DNA of 44,886 nucleotides from Treponema sp. (GTDB taxonomy: Bacteria; Spirochaetota; Spirochaetia; Treponematales; Breznakiellaceae). Below, piece by piece: positions 43,384 through 44,886 of this stretch. The notes beneath the pieces were generated by a model, which was not told where the DNA came from, ran no database searches, and was given only the letters and a program-made list of their open reading frames with translations. Position 1 is the first letter of the stretch. Each line of letters opens with the position of its first letter. Location of the stretch: NCBI GenBank assembly GCA_031272575.1, contig JAISTO010000036.1:1-44886 (forward strand). The letters are read 5' to 3'. The translations under genes were made by a program, and so were the position numbers.

Positions 43384-44745
43384 ATGAACACAGTGTTATT
43401 GACCGTCATTCAAAAAATGGTCGCTGAGTCAGGCGAATCGGTACTTGCTGACTCGCGGCGTGTTGCAGGTTACCTTGCGGATTTTGCCGCCAGGGAGCCG
43501 AAGGCGCAGCGGAACACGCTGGTGAAGTGCCTGGAACAGGGGGCTTACGCCGCGCTGAAAAGGGCTGCTCCCCATGAGCGCGGCGCGGTGAAGGAGCGGC
43601 TGGCGCGCAGGCTGCATACCGATGAGGGGTTTGATCGGTCTCTCTGTGAAGACAGCGTCAACCTGCTGGCCGTTGTGTTGTTCGGTCACGGCGAAGCGGC
43701 TGCGGGGGAAACCGCGGCGGCAATTCCGTCTACGGGGGACGAGTGGGTAACGGTACCGGAAGCGCGGAAGGCGGCGTTGGCGCAGGGGGATGCGGGCAAC
43801 AGGCCAATACCGCAAACTGCCGTGGCGAGGAAGGAACGGAAACGGTACTTGTCAGTGGGGATAGCGGCTTCCGTGCTTGTGCTTGGACTGGGTGTTGTCT
43901 TTTGGATGAACCGATACAACAATGCGGGCAACGCATCCCACCTTGGTCCAACTTTGGACATGGTGCGCATACAGGGTGGCACGTTCACGATGGGGAGCCC
44001 GTCGTCGGAGCCGGATCGTGAGGACGATGAGGTGCAGCATCGGGTGACGCTGAGTTCGTTTTACATGGGGAAGTACGAGGTCACTCAGAAGGAGTGGCAG
44101 GCGCTCATGGGGACGAATCCCAGTTCCTTCAAGGGTGACAACTTGCCGGTGGAGTGCGTGAGTTGGTACGATGCGGTGGAGTACTGTAACGCGCGTAGCA
44201 AAAAAGAAGGGCTTACGCCTGCGTACACGATAAATAAGACTCGACAGGATCCAAACAACACCAGCAGTTATGACAGTCTCAAGTGGACGGTGACCTGGAA
44301 CCGGAAGGCGAACGGGTACCGGTTGCCGACGGAGGCGGAGTGGGAGTACGCCTGCCGCGCCGGGACGACGGGGCCGTTCAACACGGGGAACAACATTACG
44401 ACGAGCCAGGCGAACTATAACGGGAACTATCCCTACAACGGGAACGCGAAGGGGCAGTATCGGGAGAAGACGACGGCGGTGGGGAGTTTCCAGCCCAATG
44501 CCTGGGGCTTGTACGATATGCATGGCAATGTCTGGGAGTGGTGCTGGGACTGGTACGGGAATTACTCAAGCGGCGCCCAGACGGACCCCGAAGGCCCAAC
44601 GGGCCCCGCCTCTTCGTGGTCGCGCCGCGTTCGCCGGGGCGGCAGTTGGTACAACAGCGGCCAGTACCTGCGTTCGGCCAACCGGGGCTACTACAGCCCG
44701 GGCAACCGGCTCTACTACCTCGGTTTTCGGCTGGTGCGTCCCTGA
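43384..44745 (+). CDS. membrane-anchored FGE-sulfatase (SUMF1/C-type-lectin fold) domain protein with DGR-VR-like C-terminus
   Basis: Shared N-terminal domain, one TM (YLSVGIAASVLVLGLGVVFWM), then GGTFTMGSP, YRLPTEAEWEYACRAG, GNVWEWCWDWY and RGGSW...GFRLVRP. Confidence 0.85.
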   Translation: MNTVLLTVIQKMVAESGESVLADSRRVAGYLADFAAREPKAQRNTLVKCLEQGAYAALKRAAPHERGAVKERLARRLHTDEGFDRSLCEDSVNLLAVVLFGHGEAAAGETAAAIPSTGDEWVTVPEARKAALAQGDAGNRPIPQTAVARKERKRYLSVGIAASVLVLGLGVVFWMNRYNNAGNASHLGPTLDMVRIQGGTFTMGSPSSEPDREDDEVQHRVTLSSFYMGKYEVTQKEWQALMGTNPSSFKGDNLPVECVSWYDAVEYCNARSKKEGLTPAYTINKTRQDPNNTSSYDSLKWTVTWNRKANGYRLPTEAEWEYACRAGTTGPFNTGNNITTSQANYNGNYPYNGNAKGQYREKTTAVGSFQPNAWGLYDMHGNVWEWCWDWYGNYSSGAQTDPEGPTGPASSWSRRVRRGGSWYNSGQYLRSANRGYYSPGNRLYYLGFRLVRP

Positions 44746-44782
44746 GTTCCGCAACAAAAAACAGGGGCTATAGTGGAACAAC

Positions 44783-44811
44783 TTGACAAGCAGTTGCTAT
44801 TATAGTATAGT
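44783..44811 (+). promoter_or_regulatory. consensus promoter in leaderless layout
   Basis: TTGACA, 17 nt, TATAGT, 6 nt, ATG 44818. Confidence 0.5.
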
Positions 44812-44817
44812 GTCTAT

Positions 44818-44886
44818 ATGGCATACTCAATCGATACACGGGAGATAGCCCTGCGGTACTTGGAAACGCACACCTATCAGAATACA
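44818..44886 (+). mobile_element. 5' end of an IS630-family-like transposase gene (truncated by the window edge)
   Basis: MAYSIDTREIALRYLETHTYQNT resembles the MxYSxDLRxxV HTH N-terminus typical of IS630-type transposases. Only 23 codons are visible. Confidence 0.45.

Noticed and set aside
44746-44782. Looking for a DGR IMH-type GC-rich hairpin immediately after the putative variable repeat
   Set aside because: Only a 5-bp GTTCC/GGAAC pairing with a long loop is present. There is no convincing cruciform, so the DGR idea rests only on the protein framework and codon pattern.

Overview
This is a 44.9-kb high-GC bacterial chromosomal window. The gene content suggests a Treponema-like spirochaete: a dnaA-dnaN-recF origin region, an Fn3/DUF1566-type surface lipoprotein, an FGE-type C-lectin protein and poly-G tracts. 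That taxonomic guess is inference only. All family calls come from motifs read by eye, with no HMM or BLAST run.

Positions 1-32,767 are mostly core genes. They include an OMP-like protein, an NPP-family phosphodiesterase, a large secreted protein with a C12 tract, two large hypotheticals and two acyl-CoA ligases. They also hold a decayed YafQ/DinJ-like TA pair, an aminotransferase, HtrA, a DHH-CBS protein, a C11 peptidase lipoprotein and tRNA-Leu plus a tRNA with a CAT anticodon. Further along are GH18, a lytic transglycosylase with LysM, pyrD, recF-dnaN-dnaA with DnaA-box clusters on both sides of dnaA, an RNase-H-fold exonuclease, GH57 with a DUF4912-like partner, tRNA-Val, a DEDDh exonuclease, an Fe-S aldo/keto reductase and a Cof-type HAD hydrolase.

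Positions 32,768 to the window end form a visibly AT-richer accessory block with three parts.
1. Four small minus-strand ORFs encode an MGMT/ATL-like protein, an EndoIII-type Fe-S glycosylase, a DUF6884-like protein and an unknown. Each ORF is preceded by the same structured element of about 36 nt ending in the Shine-Dalgarno sequence.
2. A surface lipoprotein of about 1,090 aa.
3. A divergent 5-gene operon: Ser/Thr kinase, vWA, PP2C, a TM-FHA protein and a TM-FGE/C-lectin protein. This is a TerY-P-like triad extended by two paralogous-N-terminus membrane proteins. The last protein ends in a region that looks like a DGR variable repeat.

The lipoprotein and the kinase are each interrupted near the 5' end by an 11-nt poly-G/C tract that leaves them out of frame. 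The same +1 change restores both. A third tract (12 nt, in frame) sits in the leader of another secreted protein. Other recurring signals are a dispersed palindromic REP-like family (short and long forms), several consensus promoters placed 6-7 nt from the ATG (leaderless layout), and GTCAAG...CTTGAC palindromes that create back-to-back -35 boxes. The window ends in the first 23 codons of an IS630-like transposase.
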